NCBI GenBank assembly: GCA_964388035.1
Contig: CAYLZE010000066.1
Location: forward strand, 1-19,143
Source of the DNA: an uncultured archaeon
GTDB taxonomy: Archaea > Asgardarchaeota > Lokiarchaeia > Sigyniarchaeales > SOKP01
Length of the DNA stretch: 19,143 nt
Direction: 5' to 3'
A program made the position numbers and the translations under genes. The number at the start of each line of letters is the position of its first letter. The first letter of the stretch is position 1. This document shows, in pieces, positions 1 through 9,134 of this stretch. The notes beneath the pieces were generated by a model. That model was not told where the DNA came from. It saw only the letters and a list, made by a program, of their open reading frames with translations, and searched no databases.

Positions 1-173
1 TATTATTAATCGTCCTTATTTTTTTCATTTAATTTGTAAATAAAGAAAGTTTTATATTTTAAGTTAATTTAATAAAAAAAATAAGAGAATTATCTAATCG
101 ATATTTTTAATAAGAGAAAAAATTTTATGTTTATCGCTATATATTTTAAAATGAGATAGGAAGTGAAAAAATT

Positions 174-1022
174 TTGGAATCATTCAAATCTGTTTTGATT
201 GAAGATATTCAGATTTATAGGAATGGATTAGAGCGCGAAGATTATAGTTTTTGTAATATAATTAGTAATAGATTGATAACTAATGCAGTTTTTTTAGAAT
301 CTCAAGAATTCAATCTTGTTGGGGCGATATTGAAGGAAATTTTAAATTATTTCGCAGTCGTAGAAGACCCAAAAAATTTAAAAAAAGAATTAAACATTTT
401 GATTAAGAATGTGTTAAATGCTAAAGAAATTAAAGTAGATATGATAATGGAAATATATTTAAATTTTTATAATAAAATTAGAGAAGAATTAAATCCTGAA
501 TTTGAATTATATGAAGATAATAAGGAATATTCCTTATATTCTACAAAATTTTGCTTAGATTTTTTGAAAAAGGAATTGGAAACACAAAATGTGCCTTATT
601 CAAGAGATTTAATTTATTTTGGGATTTCTAATGAATTAAATAGAATTTACAGGAATTTTGGGTGTATTACAAATCAGTTAATTCTAAAAACTCTAATGGG
701 CTTTACAGGACGACTTTATGATTATTATAGATTTTTAATTTTATCAATTGAACCAAAAGAGGAATTTTGGGAAAAAAAATATCTTGAACTAAAAAAAAAA
801 ATCAAGAATAATATTAATGAATTTAATTATGATGCCGAGTATTTGAAAAAGACAAGTGAATTACTATTTGAATTATGTAAAGAATGGCGTTTTATGTTTA
901 TTAGACTAATGGATATAACACCACAAGTATCACGGGAGAAAACGACTATTCCACCAAAAATACAAGAAGAATTAAAGGGAATGGTTTCAAAAGTAACTGA
1001 ATCTGAATTGAAAGGTGATTAA
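174..1022 (+). CDS. Hypothetical protein, predicted mostly alpha-helical; first gene of a three-gene cassette ending in a PIN toxin
   Basis: 282-aa ORF with a TTG start preceded by AGGAAGTGA. Its stop directly abuts the next ATG. No family recognised. Confidence 0.75.
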   Translation: MESFKSVLIEDIQIYRNGLEREDYSFCNIISNRLITNAVFLESQEFNLVGAILKEILNYFAVVEDPKNLKKELNILIKNVLNAKEIKVDMIMEIYLNFYNKIREELNPEFELYEDNKEYSLYSTKFCLDFLKKELETQNVPYSRDLIYFGISNELNRIYRNFGCITNQLILKTLMGFTGRLYDYYRFLILSIEPKEEFWEKKYLELKKKIKNNINEFNYDAEYLKKTSELLFELCKEWRFMFIRLMDITPQVSREKTTIPPKIQEELKGMVSKVTESELKGD

Positions 1023-1787
1023 ATGACAGAAACAGCCGAAATACATTCTCACTATCAAGATATTCTTACGAAATTACAATTAATTAATCCGAAATCTGAT
1101 ATGGATACAATTAAACATGATGTTGAGGAATATCTATATTATCTATTTATCAAAGAAATTGAAAATAGAAATTTTTCAGCAGAAATTTCGTCTCACAAAT
1201 TAAAAAGAGATATACTCAGACAAAGATTACAATCTACTCGCCAACCTTTAAAATTAAGAGATAAAAAGGATGATATAATAAAAAAAGAAACAAAATATTA
1301 CCGACTAAAAAAAATACAAAATGCATTAAATAGAAAAACTTTTTATGATGGTCTTAATTATCCTGGAAGTTTCAATAAGCGAGAGTTATTATACATAAAT
1401 CACACTGATAAAACCTATCTTAAAAGTGAATTCTTCGAAAATGAAAGAAATGAAGATCAGAAATTAGCAGATGAATTTATACATAAAGTTGAAACAACTT
1501 CATCTCGAGAATCAGAAATAAATAAAATTGATGATAATACAAATGAAATGCGAGAGGATTATCCAGAACTTCAAGAGACCGTGGATATTTTTAAAAGAGT
1601 TAAAAAAGATCAAAATGTCGAAGAAAAAAAAAAAGCCAGTTCAGAGGTAATTGATCTAGACCAAGAATTAAAGGATCGAATTTTAAAGCTTGATTTGAAG
1701 CCAATAACGATAGAAAAAAAGAAAAAAATTAATTTATTAGAATTTATTGGATTTGTTGATGAAGATGAGAATTCAATTGATGAATAA
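1023..1787 (+). CDS. Hypothetical protein, possibly the antitoxin partner of the downstream PIN protein
   Basis: 254-aa ORF with SD AAGGTGA upstream. The C-terminal segment LLEFIGFVDEDENSIDE is hydrophobic then acidic, resembling VapB-type toxin-binding tails (inference). Confidence 0.7.
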   Translation: MTETAEIHSHYQDILTKLQLINPKSDMDTIKHDVEEYLYYLFIKEIENRNFSAEISSHKLKRDILRQRLQSTRQPLKLRDKKDDIIKKETKYYRLKKIQNALNRKTFYDGLNYPGSFNKRELLYINHTDKTYLKSEFFENERNEDQKLADEFIHKVETTSSRESEINKIDDNTNEMREDYPELQETVDIFKRVKKDQNVEEKKKASSEVIDLDQELKDRILKLDLKPITIEKKKKINLLEFIGFVDEDENSIDE

Positions 1788-1801
1788 TTTTTAGTTTTAT
1801 A

Positions 1802-2230
1802 ATGAAAATTATAATCGCAGATTCAGGTATTTGGATTGGAGCTTTTATTAAAGGGGATAAATGGCATCAAAATGGCAAAAAGTTCCTTGAGTGGCTCAAT
1901 AAAGAAGAACGAGTTAGAGTAATCATTCCAATTGGAGTAATTTACGAGGTAATTGCAGCAATTTTGAATAAAACAAACGGGGGGTTTGAAAAAGCCAATA
2001 AAGCCCTCGAATTATTTATGACTTCCCAAAATTTTGAGATTTATTATAATACTGAAGAATCTTTCAAAGAAGTCAAAAATATCTTTCGTAAGTATAAAGT
2101 ATTTAGTTTAGTTGACTCTACAATTGTTATATTATATGCGAATAAAGGGTGTAATATTTTATTCTCAACTGATAGTGGTTATAATACTTGTCCATTTATT
2201 AACCGGTTAGAGTTTCCAATTGATTTCTAG
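1802..2230 (+). CDS. vapC: PIN-domain ribonuclease (VapC-like toxin)
   Basis: 142 aa with the PIN motifs IIIADSGIWIG, D-x-x-H, VIYEV, FSLVDST and LFSTDSGY. Confidence 0.88.
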   Translation: MKIIIADSGIWIGAFIKGDKWHQNGKKFLEWLNKEERVRVIIPIGVIYEVIAAILNKTNGGFEKANKALELFMTSQNFEIYYNTEESFKEVKNIFRKYKVFSLVDSTIVILYANKGCNILFSTDSGYNTCPFINRLEFPIDF

Positions 2231-2647
2231 TTCATTAAATAATAATGTTTTTACGGAAATTTACTTTAAGAAATAAATTTTCCCTTAAAATTTAAAAATT
2301 AAATTAGAAAACTAATGTATATTAAATTTAAATTTTATTCGATTGAAAGAGAAATAGATATGAATAATTAAAAAAGGCATTATCTCTAGCTTTAAATAAA
2401 GGAAGGTTATAATATACAATTTCCTAAAAATGTAAAAATATTTATAGTTTTAAAGAATGAATTTTTTTTTCATATTCTTATGAGTAGAGGAGAAGGAGGT
2501 TCAGTATCTTCTATCTTTTATAATCCTTCTCTATTTTCATGGAGAGTTTAAAGAAATGGATTTTTTTAAATATTTTCAATTACTTTAAATTTATAATATA
2601 ATTGTCACATTTTAATATTAGTAAAGTTAGTAATTCTTTCAAACACG

Positions 2648-3373
2648 ATGGAAGACTTTCTCAAACTCGCAAACGGAAATTTACCAAAACACGTGGGGAT
2701 AATTCCAGACGGTAATCGCCGGTGGGCAAGAACTAGAAATTTACCTTCTAACAGGGGGCATTTGGAAGGATACGAAACTGTAAAAAAAACACTCTATTCT
2801 CTCTTTGACGCGGGCATACGGTACTTAACAATATATGCTCTTTCCCTTGAAAATGCGAGAAAAAGAAGCCCTGAAGAATTGAGCTATATTTATAAAATCA
2901 TTAAAATAGCTGTTGAAACCGTGAAAAGAGATCCCATGGTGAAGAGAGAAAGCGTGAGATTTAACGTCATAGGCCGATTGTCCTTGCTTCCTGAAGATGT
3001 TCGAGAAAAAATCAATGAGCTAATAGAATATACTAAAGCTCACGATAAAGCGTTCATTAATTTATGCATTATGTATGACGGTCAAGCAGAAATCGTAGAC
3101 GCTGTCAAGGAACTCTTGAAGGAAAATCTCAATCCCAATGAAATTGATACTGAGCAAATAAAAAATCATCTATATGCTAAAGATTTTCCTCCTGTAGATT
3201 ATATCATTCGGACGGGGATGGATGATGGGGCGAGAATCTCGGGATTCATGTTATGGGATGCATCGTATGCAGAATTTCGTTTTCGAAACGATTATTGGCC
3301 GGATTATTCGGAAGAAATGCTCATCGACGATCTTAAAGAATACGTGCGCCGAAAAAGGCGCATGGGGCAATAA
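2648..3373 (+). CDS. uppS: Polyprenyl (undecaprenyl-type) diphosphate synthase, cis-prenyltransferase
   Basis: Motifs PKHVGIIPDGNRRWA, GHLEG, TIYALSLEN, DYIIRTG, RISGFMLW, YWPDY and a C-terminal RRMG. Confidence 0.95.
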   Translation: MEDFLKLANGNLPKHVGIIPDGNRRWARTRNLPSNRGHLEGYETVKKTLYSLFDAGIRYLTIYALSLENARKRSPEELSYIYKIIKIAVETVKRDPMVKRESVRFNVIGRLSLLPEDVREKINELIEYTKAHDKAFINLCIMYDGQAEIVDAVKELLKENLNPNEIDTEQIKNHLYAKDFPPVDYIIRTGMDDGARISGFMLWDASYAEFRFRNDYWPDYSEEMLIDDLKEYVRRKRRMGQ

Positions 3374-3536
3374 ACTATTTATATTTGCACTTCTTGCCAA
3401 TCTTTTTTCTAGAAAACCTCATTGTTTAAAAATGGTATATTTAATAACATCACGTAGAAATATATATTAAGCATTAAATTCTTTTATCATAAAGAAATGG
3501 ATTTTTCTTTCTTACTCACGAGTGGTGAAACTCTTA

Positions 3537-4859
3537 ATGAAAGGGATTCTGATTTTAGGTTCAGACAAAAAATATGGATCGATGGTGTTAGCTCAATATC
3601 CTCCTAAATTCTTGAAAGATTTGGGCATTCCGGAAAGCAGGGTATTAAGTCTCTTTGATCAAATTATAAATAAAGAAATTCCTCCTCAATATACCCAGAT
3701 GAGTATCGGAAAAGATCTGGATATCATTGAATTTTATACGGGGTATTCCATCATCAGTCATGTGGGTCGTCCTAATTATGAAATTGCCGTTCTTTTATCG
3801 GAATCGGACGTGATACCCAAGGATTTTGAAGGAATGCTGAGAAGAATGGCTCATGATTTATTACCTCAACTCAATGAACCAGGATTTCCCTTGGTATTAA
3901 AAGATTATTTCGAATTATTAGAAAATGGGGAGATTGGAACATATTGGGAGCTGGATTCCCTTGATGAATCATTGAAATCCGAGGAGGAAAAAGAGGAAGA
4001 GGAAATAGAGACCAATGATGAAAGAATTGAGAACCATATAAATGATAAAGAAGTTGATGTGAAAACGGAATCTGATTCTACTACATTGGATAATCCATCC
4101 ATCATTGCGGCGCCGAAGTCATACTCTAAAGACGAATTTGAAATTGAATCCATTTTAAGTGGAATTGAAGATGAGGAAATAAGGAATAAAGTAAATCAGC
4201 TTCATCGATTATCGAAGGAAAGCAATGAAAAAATCAACAAATTAACTATCGATTTAATCGGGTTTAAAGCAGAAAAAAAGAATAGTGATAACCGGATCTC
4301 CTTATTAGAAAAAAAAATTGACCTTCAAAAACAAACCATTGAAGAATTGAGTAATAAAAATGATCAAGTTTCCGAAGAGGATTTAAAATTAAATGATCAA
4401 ATAAACGAACTGAAAGAAAAAATTGAAGGCTTTTTGAAAACAATAGACGAAAAAGAGCAAAAAGTTAGCGATTTAGAGGAGCAACTTAGAGAAAAAGGGC
4501 ACGAATTCGAAAATCTTAGAGAAGAATATAAAGAAATTGATGTAGTTAAGGAAGAAAATGAAAAATTAATGAAAGAAAAAAATATTCTAATTGAAGAAAA
4601 AGCAAAAATAACCGAAAGGATTGAGAACCTGAAAGAGTCTATCAAAAAAGTAAAGGAAGAAAATAATCTTCATTTAGACACCATTGCATCCATGAAGATT
4701 GAAATTAAGAACTTAAAAGAGAATTTAACTTCTCAAGAAAATTCTAAAGGATCCAGGAATGATGAGATAATTGAGCTCAAGAAAGAGGTAAAAGTTTTAA
4801 GAAGAGAGCGCGATCATTATAAAGAAATAATAAAGCGAGAAAATTTACTGGGAGATTAG
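3537..4859 (+). CDS. Protein with an N-terminal longin/uDENN-like domain, acidic linker and long C-terminal coiled coil
   Basis: N-terminal pattern ILILGSDKKYGSMVLAQYP resembles the uDENN/longin start; an E-rich linker and about 220 aa of E/K heptad sequence follow. Start may be ATG 3537 or GTG 3522. Confidence 0.7.
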   Translation: MKGILILGSDKKYGSMVLAQYPPKFLKDLGIPESRVLSLFDQIINKEIPPQYTQMSIGKDLDIIEFYTGYSIISHVGRPNYEIAVLLSESDVIPKDFEGMLRRMAHDLLPQLNEPGFPLVLKDYFELLENGEIGTYWELDSLDESLKSEEEKEEEEIETNDERIENHINDKEVDVKTESDSTTLDNPSIIAAPKSYSKDEFEIESILSGIEDEEIRNKVNQLHRLSKESNEKINKLTIDLIGFKAEKKNSDNRISLLEKKIDLQKQTIEELSNKNDQVSEEDLKLNDQINELKEKIEGFLKTIDEKEQKVSDLEEQLREKGHEFENLREEYKEIDVVKEENEKLMKEKNILIEEKAKITERIENLKESIKKVKEENNLHLDTIASMKIEIKNLKENLTSQENSKGSRNDEIIELKKEVKVLRRERDHYKEIIKRENLLGD

Positions 4860-5030
4860 AGTAAGATCTTCAAAAATTCATTCTTTCCCCTCCGTCGTAA
4901 TTCTTTTCATGATCGCATAATCCATCATATTAAATTTAAACAGGATACTACATGAATAGAATTATTTTCTCTTGATGGGATTTCATGCGAGTCCACTTTT
5001 CAAATTTAGGAGCATCCAAAATCAATGAAT

Positions 5031-6386
5031 CTATAATCTAACTATAATACCATTTACATCCAGTTGAGTAATAATATCCTGCAGATCTAAATCAGTGTAG
5101 ACTTTTATTGGGTTATTAATTAAATATAACTCCTTTAGAGATTTCATCTTGGCTATAGAATCAGGTAAAGCGGTTATATGATTATTATTCATCCACAATA
5201 CCTCTAAGGAATCTAATTCAGTTAGTTCTTCGGGAAAGGTTGAAAACAGGTTGTTGCTTAAATCCAAGGTCTTTAATTGTTTTAATTCTGCTATTGAACC
5301 GGGAAGGGAATTTAAGTGATTATTACTTAACCCTAAAATTTTGAGATTTTCCAGGTTGCCTAAATTATCGGGTAATTCTTGTAATAGATTATTCCATAAA
5401 GATAAATATTCTAACGAGGAAAGCTCCGTCAGAGATTTTGGTAAGAATTGTAGGAAGTTATGATCTAAATTTATTCTCTTCAGATGATATAATTGATTAA
5501 TTTCTCGTGGTATGAAGCTTATCTGATTCCCATTCAAAAAGATCTCTTCTATTTGACTTAATTTAAAAACGCTGCTAGGTATGACTTCAAGTAGATTATT
5601 GCTTAAATATAAGGACTTTAATGTTCCTAATTTGTTTATGGATGCGTGAACATTTTTCAGCTTGCAATATCTTAGAGCTAAACCCTCAATCCTCTTATTT
5701 TTAATCGTTAATCCAAGCCTCACCTTCTTATCGAGATTTCTTACCACCGAAAAAGAATGAATCGCAAAGAAATTCAAATTTTTAGGATTATTAAGGATTA
5801 TTTTTAAAAGTGTATTCAACTCTTCGTCATTTAAGAGTTCTCCTAAGTTGGATTGATATTTATGGATGATAAATTGCTCGAGATCTGGTTTTATCGCATT
5901 GATTTCATCTTGATTGAGATAATCCAGATAATTTTGATTGATCAGGTATTTTATAACGGTTTCATGTCCACTTGAAATTCTCAAGGCAATTTCTTCCTTA
6001 AAAACTCTTTTCGCAACGGGATCCCCTGCATCAGTTAACTTTTTCAAGAGGGGAAAGGCAATATTACTATGTAATAGCCGGGTGTCATAATTATTTTCAG
6101 CCCATACCTGTAAATTGGAAGAATGTCCCCAGAATTCCGTCTCACTCGAAATTTGTACTTCATTTGGATGTTTTTCAAGAGAATGATCAAGGATTAAGCT
6201 TGCTTCATCAATTGATTCAACATTTTTAAAATTTTCCAAGTTACTCTGCGGTATATCGATTAAAAGATATTTGCATTGGCGAAATAACTCGTTATTAATA
6301 AATATGTAAGTCTTTCCTTTAATCAGCTTCAAGGAGATATAATCGTTAATAATAAACTCTTTTTTAATCGATTCTCTAAAGGACAC
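5031..6386 (-). CDS. Leucine-rich repeat protein with a Lokiarchaeia-type conserved N-terminal domain
   Basis: About 8-9 LxxLxLxxNxLxxLP repeats of 23 aa in the C-terminal half. The N-terminal motif EFWGHSSNLQVWAENNYDTRLLHSNIAFPLLKKL...GDP...FKEEI is one I recognise from lokiarchaeal LRR proteins. Confidence 0.9.
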   Translation of the reverse strand: MSFRESIKKEFIINDYISLKLIKGKTYIFINNELFRQCKYLLIDIPQSNLENFKNVESIDEASLILDHSLEKHPNEVQISSETEFWGHSSNLQVWAENNYDTRLLHSNIAFPLLKKLTDAGDPVAKRVFKEEIALRISSGHETVIKYLINQNYLDYLNQDEINAIKPDLEQFIIHKYQSNLGELLNDEELNTLLKIILNNPKNLNFFAIHSFSVVRNLDKKVRLGLTIKNKRIEGLALRYCKLKNVHASINKLGTLKSLYLSNNLLEVIPSSVFKLSQIEEIFLNGNQISFIPREINQLYHLKRINLDHNFLQFLPKSLTELSSLEYLSLWNNLLQELPDNLGNLENLKILGLSNNHLNSLPGSIAELKQLKTLDLSNNLFSTFPEELTELDSLEVLWMNNNHITALPDSIAKMKSLKELYLINNPIKVYTDLDLQDIITQLDVNGIIVRL

Positions 6387-6651
6387 GTTATCTAGGTGTA
6401 GAAATAAATTTTATATTCAAAATAAAAAAGAACTTCCAAATTATTATTTTTAACCCTTATAATCCAATAAATAAGTTGATGCTATTTTTTAATAAATACA
6501 TTCTAATTCATTGATTAATTCCATCGTGGAACACGATTATAGACTAGAAAGATTGGCTTCTTGGCAATCCAATAATTACCAGATTGACAATTGAGATAGT
6601 ATTAATAACTATTTGAACGAAAATATTAGTCGTGAGATCAATAGAATTTAG

Positions 6652-6668
6652 AAAAAAAGAAAAAAAAA
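6652..6668 (-). terminator. Oligo-T archaeal terminator for the corrinoid/methyltransferase operon
   Basis: T9-C-T7 tract on the minus strand about 110 nt after the stop at 6776, preceded by a short AAAAGG..CCTTTT hairpin near 6690-6707. Confidence 0.45.
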
Positions 6669-6775
6669 GTTAGAAGAATGGGAGGTGGAAAAAGGGGAAC
6701 ACCTTTTATCTCGTTTCAATGGATGTTCTCATAAAAAAATCCAAGATGCGCGTGTTCAGAGGTTCTGATAATTTT

Positions 6776-7927
6776 TTATTTTCTATATTGTCCATAGGTC
6801 TTGCACGTGTCAATCATTGCTTTTAAGTTTTCTAGTTTAGCATCATCAGGAATTTCCACTCCCACCCAAAGTCCACCGCCCTCTGCGCAATCATCAATTA
6901 TCTCTTTGGTTCTTTTTTTGATTTGCGCGGGGGATCCTAAGGTGAATAGAGAGGGTTTAAAGTTTCCTTCAATAGCCATGTGCGAGCCCAGAATTTCTTT
7001 CGCTTTTTTAATATCCGTGCGCTCATCCATGTGAATGTAAATCTTTCCTTTCGGCAATTCTGTAAAATAATGGAGCCTATCGGTCCATTCGGTATCACAG
7101 TGAAGTTGAACAATATATCCATCCTTTAGTAATTTGGTAACCATTTTTTTGAGATAGGGTAATACTAATTCTTCAAAAACTTTCGTCGAAATGAAGTCCG
7201 CGCTACTCCTTATGGTACCAAGTAAGACGTTATTTCCTCCCACTATGGAGCCCGCAAATTCAGCTAATGCGGTCATTCCATCGATCATAAAATCTGACAC
7301 GACCTTAATTTTATCCGGATACCTCCGAATGTCCTTCATAAAATTGGTCGCCCCTCTAAAGTAGGAAAGAACTTCAAAGGGTAAAAAAGTTCCTGCATCA
7401 ACTAAGGGAGGTACTTTATATACTTCGATCCACCTCTGGTTATTTTGGGCCACCAATTTACTCACTTTATTTAATTTCATGAGATCCCCTAAGGATGCAT
7501 TCCGGAAGGTAAAAAAGTCCAGAAATCCCTTTTTCATGATGGAATCGTAGTCTTCTACCTTCATAATGGGATCGGTGGTGCTACGTTCGGCAAGTTGAGG
7601 CGATTGATTTATGCCCAATTGACGACCGGGCAACATCCAATCAAGGTAATAACTCGAAAAAATAATTGGGAAAGGATTAATATGTACGGGATAAATGCCT
7701 CCTCCTGAATTTCCTATATCAAAACCACCAACTTCATTAAAAATCCATTCATATGCCTTTTGAGCTTTAACCGGATCAAAAACCAATTCCTCATTGGTAA
7801 TATTATAATACTTGGACGGGAGATAATCCATTAGTACCCAGACAGGAACTCTATCAGGTTCTTTTAAATCCAAGATTGCTTCTACACGTTCTATAGAAGT
7901 CATGGACTCTTCTTCAATAGTGTTCAA
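6776..7927 (-). CDS. Uroporphyrinogen decarboxylase superfamily protein (MtaA/CmuA-like methylcobamide methyltransferase)
   Basis: Motifs ERVEAILDLKEPDRVPV, PFEVLSYFRG..FMKD, FEELVLPYLKK, LHCD, DIKKAKEILG..MAIEGN and PDDAKLENLKAMI. Probable TTG start at 7927 overlaps the upstream TGA and has a GGAGG SD. Confidence 0.9.
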   Translation of the reverse strand: MNTIEEESMTSIERVEAILDLKEPDRVPVWVLMDYLPSKYYNITNEELVFDPVKAQKAYEWIFNEVGGFDIGNSGGGIYPVHINPFPIIFSSYYLDWMLPGRQLGINQSPQLAERSTTDPIMKVEDYDSIMKKGFLDFFTFRNASLGDLMKLNKVSKLVAQNNQRWIEVYKVPPLVDAGTFLPFEVLSYFRGATNFMKDIRRYPDKIKVVSDFMIDGMTALAEFAGSIVGGNNVLLGTIRSSADFISTKVFEELVLPYLKKMVTKLLKDGYIVQLHCDTEWTDRLHYFTELPKGKIYIHMDERTDIKKAKEILGSHMAIEGNFKPSLFTLGSPAQIKKRTKEIIDDCAEGGGLWVGVEIPDDAKLENLKAMIDTCKTYGQYRK

Positions 7928-8568
7928 GCCAATCCCTCCTTTATCCAATCCAATACAATTTTTAATCCCGTGAAAGCATTATCCGTATAGGCATCCACTC
8001 CCGCTTTTTGCTTCCAAGATTCATCCACGGGGAACCCTCCTATGATGATTTTAACCTTATCTCTCAATCCCGTTTCTTTAAGCTTTTCCGTGGTCTTTTC
8101 CATCGCATCGAGAGCCACAGTGAGCAATCTTGAATACCCGACAATATTTGCATTGGTCTCTTTTACTTTCTTCACGAATTGTTCAGGGGTTACATCTACT
8201 CCAAGGTCCTAAACCGCAATTCCAGAAGATTGGAGTAAGGTTACAAAGATATTTTTTCCTATATCATGTACGTCGCCTTTTACCGTGCCTATTACAGCAG
8301 TACCCGATACCTTGTTAGATGCTTCTTCCTTTAGCTTGGGTTCCAGAATCTTGGCGGATTGCTCAAAGATCTCTCCCGCTATGACCAATTCCGTCAGGAA
8401 ATATTCTTTCTTCTCAAATCTTTCACCAATCCTCTCTACTCCTTCTCGTAAAATTTCAAGAACTTTTTTAGGATCAACGTCATCTTGTATTAGTTTTCTC
8501 ACTAACTCGTAAGAAGTATCCTCCTCTAACTCCACCATCGCATTTAATAGCTGTTCTTCTAAACTCAT
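7924..8568 (-). pseudogene. Corrinoid (B12-binding) methyltransferase cognate protein, MtaC/MttC-like, interrupted by one in-frame TAG at 8209-8211 (pseudogene or recoded)
   Basis: ORFs 8209..8568 and 7924..8175 share a frame: cap domain (YFLTELVIAGE), GDVHDIGKN motif, then GIAV*DLGVDV and KVKIIIGGFPV. The total is 214 codons, normal for the family. Confidence 0.88.
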
Positions 8569-8717
8569 CTGTCTTTACCCCTTAACCTTTTTTTAATTAA
8601 ATTAAGGATTAATCTTCTTATGGAAAATTTTCCGCCTTGCTCCCCCCATAATAGCTTGCCTAAAGCTGAAGAAATCTCATCTTCATTCAGCTCTTTAGGT
8701 TTTTCTAATATATCCAA
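8565..8717 (-). CDS. Small 50-aa hypothetical protein absent from the ORF track: MDILEKPKELNEDEISSALGKLLWGEQGGKFSIRRLILNLIKKRLRGKDR
   Basis: TTG start preceded by AAGGAGATGA. The TGA stop overlaps the ATG of the corrinoid gene (ATGA), indicating translational coupling. Confidence 0.65.
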   Translation of the reverse strand: MDILEKPKELNEDEISSALGKLLWGEQGGKFSIRRLILNLIKKRLRGKDR

Positions 8718-8771
8718 GATTAATCATCTCCTTTTATTTAAATTAATCTTGATAATTTAATATATCCTTAG

Positions 8772-8804
8772 TTATATAAAATGTTATAGAAAAGCTATAA
8801 CATT
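8772..8804 (-). promoter_or_regulatory. TATA box and adjacent perfect inverted repeat (putative transcription-factor operator) of the corrinoid operon
   Basis: TTTTATATAA on the minus strand at 8781-8772, and AATGTTATAG-N5-CTATAACATT at 8780-8804. Confidence 0.55.
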
Positions 8805-9134
8805 ACCTACTTATTGATTATTTCAATATGAGCATGATAACTAAAAATAAAAGAAAAATACCTTTATTAGGAATTGTCTCTTAAGAATTTGCTTTTTTAA
8901 TATTTTTACAATTAATTGCCTTGATATAACTGAAATAAATCCAGTATCATTTCTTTTTTGATTAAGAAATAAATTTCCTTGATTATACGGGAAAAAAATG
9001 AAATTTTTGATACGAAAATAAAAACAAATTTTTATATACATGGTCTTTTTTAATTATATTAATATTATAAAAGATTAAATTACATTAATCTATATTATTA
9101 GTTAACAATCAAAATTATTAATAGGTGTATTAAA

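Noticed and set aside
8195-8240. BHB intron explaining the TAG in the corrinoid gene
   Set aside because: The protein aligns to the family with no extra residues around the TAG, and no BHB geometry is present.
8841-9041. 66-aa minus-strand ORF
   Set aside because: AT-rich, low-complexity F/I/K translation in a divergent promoter region.
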